From the IMG/VR virus record IMGVR_UViG_3300042914_002215: DNA of 64,000 bases. One strand, written 5' to 3'. Source of the stretch: a virus. Position numbers and translations under genes: made by a program. How positions within the stretch are numbered: the first letter of the stretch is position 1; each line of letters starts with the position of its first letter. The notes under the pieces are model-generated. The model did not search any database, was not told the origin of the DNA, and saw nothing but the letters and a program-made list of their open reading frames with translations. Of the stretch, positions 48,786 to 58,492 are shown piece after piece.

Positions 48786-49628
48786 ATGAAGGATTTGATA
48801 GTGGGTTGTGCGACCAATTATGATTGGTCAAAACTAAAATATTGGGTAAACTCAATCAACGCATCAGGATTTGAAGGTGATAAAGTCCTGATTCTTATGA
48901 ACTGCGACAAAGATACCGTACAAAAAGTAACTGACGCAGGCTTCTCAATCATAGCATTCAATCAAGATAAAGATGGTAATCTAACATATCAGTCACAACT
49001 GATGGTTCATGTTGAACGCTTCATTCACATTTATAAACTACTCAAAGATAATCTTTATCGTTATGTTATTACAACAGATGTAAAAGATGTTATCTTTCAA
49101 AAGAATCCATCTGAGTGGTTGGAACAAAATCTAGTTAAAGAAGAACATCTGGTATTTTCATCTGAGAGCATGAAATACAAAGATGAGCCGTGGGGACGTG
49201 AGAATCTAACACAGTGTTATGGTCAAAGCATCTACGAAGATTTCAAGAACAATACCATTTTCAATGTGGGTGTTCTTGCAGGTCGTGGTTATGCGATGAG
49301 AGATTTGGTATTACAATTATTCCTAAATTGTATCAATCGCCCAATTCCTATCGTTGATCAAGCGGTATTTAATGTAATGATTTCAAGACATCCTTATATT
49401 GAATCTTCAATGTATACCGCATCAGAAACAGGATGGGCATGTCAATTAGGTACAACGGCTGATCCAAGCAAGATTGATTCATTTAGACCACATCTATTAG
49501 AACCTTCACCGAAGATGGAAGGTGATAAAGTATTGACATCTACTGGAATTGAGTATACAATAGTACATCAATATGATCGTGTACCAGAATGGAAGAAAGT
49601 GATTGAGGCAAAATATGACGACAAATAG
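48786..49628 (+). CDS. GT-A-like glycosyltransferase
   Basis: YVITTDVKDVIFQKNP, NVGVLAG, DQAVFN, HQYDR. Confidence 0.6.
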   Translation: MKDLIVGCATNYDWSKLKYWVNSINASGFEGDKVLILMNCDKDTVQKVTDAGFSIIAFNQDKDGNLTYQSQLMVHVERFIHIYKLLKDNLYRYVITTDVKDVIFQKNPSEWLEQNLVKEEHLVFSSESMKYKDEPWGRENLTQCYGQSIYEDFKNNTIFNVGVLAGRGYAMRDLVLQLFLNCINRPIPIVDQAVFNVMISRHPYIESSMYTASETGWACQLGTTADPSKIDSFRPHLLEPSPKMEGDKVLTSTGIEYTIVHQYDRVPEWKKVIEAKYDDK

Positions 49629-50295
49629 AATAAAAGAACTGTTTTGGGAATTAGATAAACCATCTACAAAATGGTCAGGTTACTTTGATGTTTATGAACG
49701 ACATCTGAAAAAGTTTGTGGGTAAAGCACCACGCATACTTGAAATTGGTGTGCTTGGCGGTGGTTCAATTGAACTATGGCTAAAGTATTTTGGACCAGGC
49801 ACCTCTGTTGTTGCCGTTGATATCAATGAAGAGTGTTTGAAATATGAATACAACGGTGATGTCAAAATTGTGATGGGTAATCAAGGTGATCCTGTATTTT
49901 GGGATGACTTTCTTGCGACACAAAACAAATTTGATATTGTCATTGATGATGGTTCACATGTAATGAATCATCAGATTACAACACTTAACAAAGTATTTCC
50001 ACACATCAAAGAGGGTGGAGTATTCATCTGTGAAGATACACACACAAGTTATTGGCCACAGCCATGGGGTGGTGTGTTCCGTGGTGCAGGTACATTCTTA
50101 GAGCATTCTAAACGTGTGACAGATATTCTCAATCAACAACACTTTCAGGGCGCACCGATTGCAGATGATGTTCTAAACACATATCATAATCTGCATTCAG
50201 TAGCATTTTACAATAGCATGGTTGTGATGGAAAAAGAAGAATTGAAAACATTTGGTATCACAGACAATAAAGCAAACGTAGGAAGAGAACTATGA
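49615..50295 (+). CDS. Class I SAM-dependent (sugar O-) methyltransferase
   Basis: ILEIGVLGGGS, DIVIDDGSH, GGVFICEDTHTSYW. Confidence 0.85.
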   Translation: MTTNRIKELFWELDKPSTKWSGYFDVYERHLKKFVGKAPRILEIGVLGGGSIELWLKYFGPGTSVVAVDINEECLKYEYNGDVKIVMGNQGDPVFWDDFLATQNKFDIVIDDGSHVMNHQITTLNKVFPHIKEGGVFICEDTHTSYWPQPWGGVFRGAGTFLEHSKRVTDILNQQHFQGAPIADDVLNTYHNLHSVAFYNSMVVMEKEELKTFGITDNKANVGREL

Positions 50296-51005
50296 AAATA
50301 GCACTGTGTATCTCCGGTCAACCACGTATGTGGGAAAAAGGTTTTGAGTATCACAATACAAACATCATCAAAGGTAATGATGTAACTGTATTTCTACATT
50401 CGTGGGAAATGCCAGCAGAACAAATGCAGCAGATTTCAGAAAAGTATCAAGCAAAGAGTTTCATCACATCACCAAATCCTACGATTGATTTATCAAAATA
50501 CACCAACACACCACCACCATCACCAAACTGGAAAGTCAAAGATGGTCGTATGTCAACGTGGGCACAAATGTATGCAATTTATGAATGTATGCGTACAAAA
50601 CGTGAGTATGAAGAATATCATAATATGAAGTTTGATTGGGTCGTTCGTTCACGATTTGACTTTGCAATCAACATTCGTATACCGTTTGATACGCTGAATC
50701 CAAATAAACTGTACATACCAAACTGTCGTATGTCACTCAATCGTGACTTTGGTAATGATCAGTTTGCATTCTCATCATCAGAAAACATGGACAAGTATTC
50801 GTATGCTTATCAGCACTACGATGAGTTTTATAAACAAGGTGTGCAGTTCATGATGGAAGATTTCATGAGTGCAAACTGGAAAAAGTATGGTCTTGTTGGT
50901 GATAATCTTGTGTACTGTGATGTCAATCACCCATTCTCACCAGGTGAATATAATGGCACATGGCACTCACTTTTACGAAATGACATGGAAGAATGGCTGA
51001 AATAA
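50292..51005 (+). CDS. Putative glycosyltransferase-like protein
   Basis: KIALCISGQPR, FDWVVRSRFD, NDQFA. Confidence 0.55.
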   Translation: MKIALCISGQPRMWEKGFEYHNTNIIKGNDVTVFLHSWEMPAEQMQQISEKYQAKSFITSPNPTIDLSKYTNTPPPSPNWKVKDGRMSTWAQMYAIYECMRTKREYEEYHNMKFDWVVRSRFDFAINIRIPFDTLNPNKLYIPNCRMSLNRDFGNDQFAFSSSENMDKYSYAYQHYDEFYKQGVQFMMEDFMSANWKKYGLVGDNLVYCDVNHPFSPGEYNGTWHSLLRNDMEEWLK

Positions 51006-51721
51006 ATCTTGTTATCTGTATGGCGGGTTATAACACACGCTTTCACGATGTTGGCTTTGATATTCCAAAGTATCTGTTACCTTGGAATGGTAAGACAATC
51101 ATTCATGATATTCTAAAGAATCTACACAAAGATTGTCATGTTCTTCTTGTTGCTAACAAGCGTGACATTTATTTTCAAGATCAACTTCTTGAAACGATTG
51201 AACCTTTTGGTTTGAATGAAAGAAACATTCTGTACATTGGCGACACAAGAGGTCAGGCACATACAGCAGCAATCGGTATTGGTCATCTGTATCATCCAGA
51301 CTTACCAACTTTTATTCACAATGGAGATACGATTGTAACTGATCGTAATTTGAAATTGATGAGTGAAATGCTTGCTGATCCTTATCTTGCTTATGTTGAT
51401 GTGTTTGTGGGCAATTCACCAAAGTATTCTTATGTTCGTATGTTTGAGGAAACTGTGGTAGAGATTGTAGAGAAAAAACAAATATCACCATATGCATCAT
51501 CAGGACTCTATGGATTTGAATCTGGCACAAAGTATCTTGAATATTACGATAAACTTCAATCTACAGATGAACTTTATATTTCAAATGTAATTCAAAATAT
51601 GATTGCAGATGGCAAATCTGTGTTCACAAATGGTTTATCAAATAAACAAGAAACAATTGTGTTAGGCAGCCCACAAGAATACGGTATTGAGTTAGCAAGA
51701 CAAACATTAGGTGCAAAATGA
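50993..51721 (+). CDS. Sugar-phosphate nucleotidyltransferase
   Basis: ICMAGYNTRF...PKYLL, TRGQAHT, HNGD, EKK.IS..ASSGLY. Confidence 0.8.
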   Translation: MAEINLVICMAGYNTRFHDVGFDIPKYLLPWNGKTIIHDILKNLHKDCHVLLVANKRDIYFQDQLLETIEPFGLNERNILYIGDTRGQAHTAAIGIGHLYHPDLPTFIHNGDTIVTDRNLKLMSEMLADPYLAYVDVFVGNSPKYSYVRMFEETVVEIVEKKQISPYASSGLYGFESGTKYLEYYDKLQSTDELYISNVIQNMIADGKSVFTNGLSNKQETIVLGSPQEYGIELARQTLGAK

Positions 51722-52686
51722 CTATAGTTATTCCATTGAAAGGTGGTTCTCTAAGTAAAACTTACAGATTACCACAATATGATATAGTTCGTAAAGAAGT
51801 ATCACGTACAGAAAATCGTGAGTATGGTTTTATGCGTTGGTATTCTCAGTTGATGAAACTACAACACTTCAATCAGATTTATCCAGGTCTGTTTGCAGAA
51901 GTTGTTGCTGTTGGCTCTACTGGTGTTGATGCATGGTTTGATTTGAAATATCTTCATGGTTTCCGTGACATCAAATCTATTCTCAGTGGTGAACCACTCA
52001 AAGAAGAAACAATATTCAAAATCAGCAAAGCAGTATGGAAAGGTTTGAACACAGTTCACTCTGTTGGTAGAACACCAATACCTGGCGCACCATCACTTTA
52101 CTTCCGTGAAGAGATACATCAAAAGTTAATGGATGCATTGAAGATACCAGCATTTGATGATTTCTTTAGAAAAGGTAGTTATTGGTTGAACAGTAGACCA
52201 GTCACGGGTCTTACTGGCACATTAGCAATTCATGGACCAATTCATGAATTCTTTTCACATCTTGAGAATGATGATGAGTGTAATATTCATGGCAATCCTA
52301 CATTAGAAAACATCATGTATTCTTTTGATGAAGATCGTGTTGTATTCATTGACACGTATGAAGAAAGTATGTGGAATACAAAATATCTTGATTATGCACA
52401 AGTTCTTCAGTGCTCACGTAGTCATTATGGTTTTATTAATGATCGTGATGTTCGTGTGGTTGAAACTGATTTCATGAATCCAAACACAATACCGAAGAAC
52501 TTTGAAATCTTCAATGAGCACTTCGTGGCTGAACTGCCAAAAGATAAAATGAAACTCATAGATATATTAGAAGCATCACAGTTTATTCGTATGCTTCCAT
52601 TTAAGTTGATTGCTGGCGACATCAACAAAGCAAAATATTTTTATGTACATGCATCCAAATTGTTTCATGAGGCTTTAGATGAGTGA
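51718..52686 (+). CDS. APH/choline-kinase-like phosphotransferase
   Basis: LKGGS glycine loop, IHGNPTLENIM, FIDT. Confidence 0.65.
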   Translation: MTIVIPLKGGSLSKTYRLPQYDIVRKEVSRTENREYGFMRWYSQLMKLQHFNQIYPGLFAEVVAVGSTGVDAWFDLKYLHGFRDIKSILSGEPLKEETIFKISKAVWKGLNTVHSVGRTPIPGAPSLYFREEIHQKLMDALKIPAFDDFFRKGSYWLNSRPVTGLTGTLAIHGPIHEFFSHLENDDECNIHGNPTLENIMYSFDEDRVVFIDTYEESMWNTKYLDYAQVLQCSRSHYGFINDRDVRVVETDFMNPNTIPKNFEIFNEHFVAELPKDKMKLIDILEASQFIRMLPFKLIAGDINKAKYFYVHASKLFHEALDE

Positions 52687-53815
52687 TGAGTTTATGATGG
52701 ACTATGACAAGTTCAAACGAACTTGGAAAGTAAAAACAGAACTACCAGTAGAATTCAAACTAACATATTCGGCTGATATATTCAATCCGAGTAATCAAGA
52801 CATAGCAAATCTTTCCGAAAGCAATCGTAGAATCATTGTGATTGATACTGAGGTATGGAATCTATACAAAGATAAGATTGATGCATACTTCGGTGCAACA
52901 AAACTTGAATCACAAATACTGATTATTGATTGCAAGGAAGAAAATAAGAACTGGAAGAACGCCGATGAAATTGTTACATTCTTTGAGAAACAAGGAGTCC
53001 TTCGTCGTGAGAAGATTATTGCGATTGGCGGTGGTGTCCTTCTGGACATTGTTGGTTTTGCTTGTAGCATTTATCGCCGTGGAATACCATATATCAAAAT
53101 CCCTACAACACTTCTTGCAATTGTTGATGCCTCTGTAGGTTCAAAAGTAGCAGTCAATCATCTTGGTCGTCGTAATAGAATCGGCGCATACTATCCACCA
53201 GAAGCAACATTCATTGACAAAAAGTTTATTGCAACACAAAGTGAACGTGAGATTGTCAATGGTATTGCAGAGATATTCAAACTTGCAGTCATCAAGTCAC
53301 CAGAACTTTTTAAGTTACTTGAAGAAAACGCAGAGATGTTGATTGAAGAAAAGTTTCAACATGGTGCAGTGCCAGTTCGTGTAATCAATCTTGCTATCAC
53401 AGACATGATAGAAGAACTCGGCCCTAATCTGTGGGAGAAACGATTAGATCGTTGTGTAGATTTTGGTCACACATTCAGTCCAGTGATTGAGATGGCAAAC
53501 ATACCAAACCTATTGCATGGTGAAGCAGTAGCACTTGATTGTTTACTCAGTTCATGTATCGCATTCAGCAGAACATACATTGGCTCAGATGAACTCAAAA
53601 GAATATTTGATGTAGCAAAACGATTGAAACTCAAAACATTCCATCCAGACTTTACAAACATGAAGATGTTGAAGGAAAGTTTGGGTGATGCAACAAAACA
53701 CCGTAACGGTAATCAGTTTGCACCATTGCCAATTCACATTGGTAATTACAAGATTGTAAATGATATCACAGATGAAGATATACAATATGGTATTGCTATT
53801 TTTGAGGAGATGTGA
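52679..53815 (+). CDS. Sedoheptulose 7-phosphate cyclase, 2-epi-5-epi-valiolone synthase type
   Basis: DHQS-fold GGGVLLD/PTTLLAIVDAS plus EEVS-type MIEELGPNLWE..LDRCVDFGHTFSP and HRNG. Confidence 0.82.
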   Translation: MSDEFMMDYDKFKRTWKVKTELPVEFKLTYSADIFNPSNQDIANLSESNRRIIVIDTEVWNLYKDKIDAYFGATKLESQILIIDCKEENKNWKNADEIVTFFEKQGVLRREKIIAIGGGVLLDIVGFACSIYRRGIPYIKIPTTLLAIVDASVGSKVAVNHLGRRNRIGAYYPPEATFIDKKFIATQSEREIVNGIAEIFKLAVIKSPELFKLLEENAEMLIEEKFQHGAVPVRVINLAITDMIEELGPNLWEKRLDRCVDFGHTFSPVIEMANIPNLLHGEAVALDCLLSSCIAFSRTYIGSDELKRIFDVAKRLKLKTFHPDFTNMKMLKESLGDATKHRNGNQFAPLPIHIGNYKIVNDITDEDIQYGIAIFEEM

Positions 53816-54480
53816 TGCGTAAAGTTGCTGTTGTCACTGGTTGCAGTTATGGTCTTGGCTTTGAAATAGCAGATAGACTTATTGACGAAGGCTATTTTGT
53901 CTGCGGTCTATCACGTTCACAACCCCCAATGAAATTGTTTTCTGCTCCTGATACATTTCAATGGATAGAATGTGATGTATCAAATGCAGAAGAAGTGAAG
54001 TTGGCATTTGAAAAGATGGGCGTGTTCATTGATGTGCTAGTCAATAATGCTGGTGTGTTTGAGTATGGTGAGTTTTCTTCTCAGTCAATTAAAACGATTG
54101 ATAAAATTATTGATATCAATGTCAAGGGCACGATGTATGTGACTAAAGCAGCACAGAAATATTTGTCACGTGGTTCAAATGTTTTCTTTATCAACTCTGT
54201 TGCTGGTTTGTACGAGATAAAGAATGAAGCAATCTATGCAGCATCAAAACATGCTCTCACAGCATTTGCTGGTATTCTTGGTGAAGAACTTCGTAATGAT
54301 GGAATTAGAGTGACTAGCATTCATCCTGGCGGTATTGATACGCCAATGCAAAGAACAAATCCAATCAAAAAAGAATTACTTCAACCGACAGAGATATCAA
54401 ATCTAATCGTAAATGTAATCAATTCTAAAGCAACATATAAAACAATCAAACTATTTCCTGAATCAGAATGGCATCAATAA
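53812..54480 (+). CDS. SDR-family oxidoreductase
   Basis: TGCSYGLG, NNAG, YAASK, PGGIDT. Confidence 0.9.
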   Translation: MMRKVAVVTGCSYGLGFEIADRLIDEGYFVCGLSRSQPPMKLFSAPDTFQWIECDVSNAEEVKLAFEKMGVFIDVLVNNAGVFEYGEFSSQSIKTIDKIIDINVKGTMYVTKAAQKYLSRGSNVFFINSVAGLYEIKNEAIYAASKHALTAFAGILGEELRNDGIRVTSIHPGGIDTPMQRTNPIKKELLQPTEISNLIVNVINSKATYKTIKLFPESEWHQ

Positions 54481-55178
54481 TTCCAACTCAGCAGTTGTTC
54501 ATCGTAACATCTGCACTCAATCCAAGAATGGGTGTTATTAGTCGTGAAGATAGACTTCAACAAACAATTGATGGTCTAAAGTCATTACGTGAAAAATGTC
54601 CAGATGCAATTGTCATACTTGCGGAAGGCTCACCAGATAAAGTTGAAGAAGAGAAAATAAAAGAACTGGCAGATTATGTTGATATGGTAGCAGATTTCTC
54701 TGGTAATAGAGATATTTCACAGTTTGCATCAGTAGGCAAAAAGAGTGAAGCAGAGAATGTGCTCATGCTCAAAATGATGATGTTGTTGAAACAAGAGCCA
54801 AGTTTAATGAAACTTCGTCATTCAGTAAGTCGCATTTACAAACTATCGGGACGAACAATAATCAATGATGGTTTTGATATCAATGATCATAATCGGTTTG
54901 GTAAATATGTGTTCAAGAAACGTATGCCAACATGGCTACAAGGTGAACGTGCCGAGATTTTTACAGATTTGTTGATTACCAGATTATTCTCATTCTGCCC
55001 AAGTCTGATTGATGATTACATGATAGTATGTCAAAGAAACATAGGCGTGGTCAACGATGCTGGTATTGACACCGAACACGCTCACTTTTTCAATATAAAT
55101 CCAAATTACCTCATAGAACTTGACGATATTCACTGCCAGGGCATCATGGCAGGCACAGGAGCCACGGAAATCTACTAA
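54468..55178 (+). CDS. Hypothetical glycosyltransferase-like protein
   Basis: FIVTSAL, RLQQT, RIYKLSGR; within glycan island. Confidence 0.45.
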   Translation: MASIIPTQQLFIVTSALNPRMGVISREDRLQQTIDGLKSLREKCPDAIVILAEGSPDKVEEEKIKELADYVDMVADFSGNRDISQFASVGKKSEAENVLMLKMMMLLKQEPSLMKLRHSVSRIYKLSGRTIINDGFDINDHNRFGKYVFKKRMPTWLQGERAEIFTDLLITRLFSFCPSLIDDYMIVCQRNIGVVNDAGIDTEHAHFFNINPNYLIELDDIHCQGIMAGTGATEIY

Positions 55179-55188
55179 ATACTAAATA
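55174..55188 (+). promoter_or_regulatory. Tandem late-promoter-like boxes
   Basis: ACTAAATACTAAATA upstream of the 896-aa ORF; the ACTAAATA variant also precedes gp18. Confidence 0.6.
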
Positions 55189-55220
55189 ACAGAAACAACT
55201 GCCGCAGAGGTAGAGGGATT

Positions 55221-57911
55221 ATGAAATTTAGAGATTTTCTACGTGAACAGAAGGAAAAACATGCCGTCCTGGCTTTTGGACGCATGAATCCAATCACAAA
55301 TGGTCACGAAAAATTAGTCAATAAAGTCAAAGAAATTGCCGATAAAGTCGGTGGTTCACATCACATCGTCCTGTCACATTCGCAGGACGCAAAGAAAAAT
55401 CCCCTTACAGCAGATCAAAAAGTCAAACATGCCAGCAGAGCATTTCCTGGCACAAACTTCAAAGCAGCGTCTAAAGACAAACCAACTTTCTTTGATCATG
55501 CAGAAGAACTGCACAAGAAAGGTGTAACACATCTGCACATGGTAGGTGGTTCTGATCGTACAGAAGAATATCACAGACTGCTGCACAAATATAATGGCAC
55601 ACATGAAGGTGCTCGTTTCAACTTCAAAAAAATTACAGTACACTCTGCTGGCGAACGTGATCCAGATGCAGAAGGTGTAACTGGTATCTCAGCATCAAAG
55701 ATGCGTGAACATGCAAAGAATGGCGATTTGAATTCATTCAAGCAAGGTGCACCATCATCAATGTCACATGCACATGTCAAACAAATGTACAACGATGTCC
55801 GTAAGGGCATGAGATTGCACGAAGAAATCATTCGTGAAGGTGTACATGACAAAGGTATTTTCAAAGCAGTATTCTTAGGCGGTGGTCCTGGCTCAGGTAA
55901 AGATTACGTTCTATCAAATACATTAGATGGTCACGGTCTTGTTGAGATCAATTCAGACAAAGCACTTGAATATTTGATGGACAAAGAAAATCTGGACAAG
56001 AAGATGCCAGATAGTGAAGAGAAACAACGTAATGAAGTTCGTAAACGTGCAAAGAATATTACAGAGTTGCGTCAACGTTTAGCCCTTCATGGTCGTAATG
56101 GTCTTATCATCAATGGTACTGGTGATGATCCTGAGAAATACATGAAGATCAAAGAGATGCTTGAGAAACTTGGCTACGACACACATATGGTTATGGTAAA
56201 CACCAAAGATGAAGTTTCTAAGGCAAGAAATATAGAACGTGGTCAACGTGGTGGTCGTACAGTGCCAGAGGATATTCGTAGAGAAAAATGGGAAGCAGTA
56301 CAACAAGCAAGACCACAGTTTGCAAAGATGTTTCGTGATAACTATGTTGAGTTTGATAACTCAGCAGATTTGCGTGAAGCACCACCAGAACTTGTTGATG
56401 CTAAGAAAAAAGAAATGGAAAATATCTACAAACGTATTCAAAAGTTTGTAGGTCAACCGCCAAAAGCAGATCAAGCAAAAGGTTGGATTGCAACAGAATT
56501 AGGTAAGAAAGATACAGCACCGATTCGTCGTGATACAAAGCCACACGATGCTGCTGGCACACATGATCAAATGAATACGATGGGTCTAGAGTATTATGGT
56601 TTTGGTCGTTACGGCAAAGATGGCAAAGTAACTCATCGTTCAGTACATGGTTCACTTGTGCCAGTAGAGAAGATTGCAAAAACTGTAGAGACACATCAAA
56701 AGAAAATGCAAAAGATGAATGAGGCAGTCACAGTCTCAATCACTGGCGATACAGTAGAAGAAGTAACACGCACAATCAAGTTTTTGAAAACAGATGATGA
56801 AGTAGAAATGGCAGAGGAAGAAGAAGTAAATACAATGTCCGATCCTGGTGCATACAATTTACTCACACTCGGTCATGGCATGATCAAAGAAGATTTACGT
56901 CAATGGTTTGATCCAAAACATCCAAAGGGTGGATGGAAACGTATCAACAGTAAAGGTGAAGCGATTGGTCCTTGTGCCCGTGAGCCAGGTGAAGCAAAAC
57001 CAAAATGCATGTCAAATGAAAAACGTGCATCACTATCCAAGAAAGAACGTGCTTCAGCAGTCGCAGCAAAACGCCGTCACGATCCAAATCCAGAACGTCA
57101 AGGTAAACCGATCAATGTATCAAGTTTTGGTAAAGGTAAAATAAGTGAAGCGGCATATGAGGGCAATATTGGCATGATGGAAGTCATGAAGTTTCATCAG
57201 AAGGCAACTGACGAGCAGAAAAAACAATTCAAGAAACACATGGCAGATAAGAATCATAAAGAAGCATGGAAGTTAGTTCAACACGTATCGGGTACAAAAC
57301 TTGTTGGTAAACAATTTGAAGAAACAGAAAAGAAACAAAAACTAATGACTGACAATAAAGGTAAACCAAGAGTGTTTCACTTTAGAATGTCAGCAGCAAA
57401 AGAAGCGCACCGTAATGGTGGCACTGTAGCAAAAGTTGGAAACAAATATGTTGTCAAACTAAAAGAGGACTTAGATGAAGTTTATACACCAAGTGATTCT
57501 ACAATTGAAATCCATTATGGACAGAATAGTTCCACCCCTTCCGCAAAAGAATTGGGAAAGGTTAGAACCAACACTGGAAGAAAAGAAAGACCCAGTGCAG
57601 ACAAACCCGTTGCCGAAGCAAGAAGAACCATCACCCTCAACACAATCAAAGAAAACTTCCAGAAGAAAGTCCAAGAGTCAATTGACAAAGGAATAGAACC
57701 TGGTATTTCTATGGCTGGTGCTGGTGAGTCTCCTGCACGTGACATGGGTGAGAAGTTGAGCAAGAAAGGTAAAGCAACACAAGTTGTGCCTAAGAGAATT
57801 GATGAGTTGACTGGCGATACAACAACAGCAAGCATCGGTGATCAAAAAGAAGATGAGTTGAAGAAAAAAGGTATCTCACTAACTACATTCAAAAAGAGAA
57901 ACTACGTATGA
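55221..57911 (+). CDS. Multidomain putative head-packaged polyprotein: HIGH-type nucleotidyltransferase, P-loop kinase, small modules
   Basis: MKFRDFLRE leader; FGRMNPITNGH and ISASKMR; GGPGSGK; modules bounded by IRE, MNE, IKE, ISE, LKE, VQE, IDE. Confidence 0.7.
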   Translation: MKFRDFLREQKEKHAVLAFGRMNPITNGHEKLVNKVKEIADKVGGSHHIVLSHSQDAKKNPLTADQKVKHASRAFPGTNFKAASKDKPTFFDHAEELHKKGVTHLHMVGGSDRTEEYHRLLHKYNGTHEGARFNFKKITVHSAGERDPDAEGVTGISASKMREHAKNGDLNSFKQGAPSSMSHAHVKQMYNDVRKGMRLHEEIIREGVHDKGIFKAVFLGGGPGSGKDYVLSNTLDGHGLVEINSDKALEYLMDKENLDKKMPDSEEKQRNEVRKRAKNITELRQRLALHGRNGLIINGTGDDPEKYMKIKEMLEKLGYDTHMVMVNTKDEVSKARNIERGQRGGRTVPEDIRREKWEAVQQARPQFAKMFRDNYVEFDNSADLREAPPELVDAKKKEMENIYKRIQKFVGQPPKADQAKGWIATELGKKDTAPIRRDTKPHDAAGTHDQMNTMGLEYYGFGRYGKDGKVTHRSVHGSLVPVEKIAKTVETHQKKMQKMNEAVTVSITGDTVEEVTRTIKFLKTDDEVEMAEEEEVNTMSDPGAYNLLTLGHGMIKEDLRQWFDPKHPKGGWKRINSKGEAIGPCAREPGEAKPKCMSNEKRASLSKKERASAVAAKRRHDPNPERQGKPINVSSFGKGKISEAAYEGNIGMMEVMKFHQKATDEQKKQFKKHMADKNHKEAWKLVQHVSGTKLVGKQFEETEKKQKLMTDNKGKPRVFHFRMSAAKEAHRNGGTVAKVGNKYVVKLKEDLDEVYTPSDSTIEIHYGQNSSTPSAKELGKVRTNTGRKERPSADKPVAEARRTITLNTIKENFQKKVQESIDKGIEPGISMAGAGESPARDMGEKLSKKGKATQVVPKRIDELTGDTTTASIGDQKEDELKKKGISLTTFKKRNYV

Positions 57912-58492
57912 AAAAGTTTAGCGCATTCTTAGATGAAGCTGGTCGTTGCTGGCCGGGATATAAACCAGTACCGGGTAAAAAGCCATATACATTAGGCTCA
58001 TGTAGAAAAGAAGAAGTTGAACAAGAAACTGAAACATTAGAAGAAAAGGGTCCTGGTCTGTGGGCAAACATTCGTGCAAAGAGAGCACGTGGTGAACGTA
58101 TGAGAAAGCCTGGTGAAAAAGGTGCACCAACAGATGCACACATCAAAATGGCAAGAGAAGAATACGAAGCAGATGATGGTCCACTCACAGAAGAACAACT
58201 AGAACAATTGAGACAAGAATCGGAAGCATGGCAGCGTAAGGAAGGCCAATCTGAGTCTGGTGGTCTGAATCGTAAAGGTATTGAATCATATCGTCGTGCT
58301 AATCCAGGTTCAAAGTTATCAATGGCTGTAACAACAAAACCAAGCAAATTGAAACCTGGTTCTAAAGCAGCAAATCGTCGTAAGTCATTCTGTGCAAGAA
58401 TGGGCGGAATGAAGAAAAGATTGACATCTGCAAAGACAGCACGTGATCCAGATTCACGTATCAACAAAGCATTGAGAAAGTGGAACTGCTAA
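57908..58492 (+). CDS. Basic modular putative internal head protein
   Basis: MKKFSAFLDE leader; modules CWPGY...SC, GLWANIRAKR, RRKSFCARM...KWNC separated by acidic linkers. Confidence 0.65.
   Translation: MKKFSAFLDEAGRCWPGYKPVPGKKPYTLGSCRKEEVEQETETLEEKGPGLWANIRAKRARGERMRKPGEKGAPTDAHIKMAREEYEADDGPLTEEQLEQLRQESEAWQRKEGQSESGGLNRKGIESYRRANPGSKLSMAVTTKPSKLKPGSKAANRRKSFCARMGGMKKRLTSAKTARDPDSRINKALRKWNC

Noticed and set aside
52679-53815. 3-dehydroquinate synthase (aroB), or a mycosporine/gadusol sunscreen pathway
   Set aside because: Motifs fit the EEVS type, not AroB or DDGS. No other shikimate genes, ATP-grasp ligase or MT-Ox fusion are nearby, whereas a kinase and nucleotidyltransferase are.
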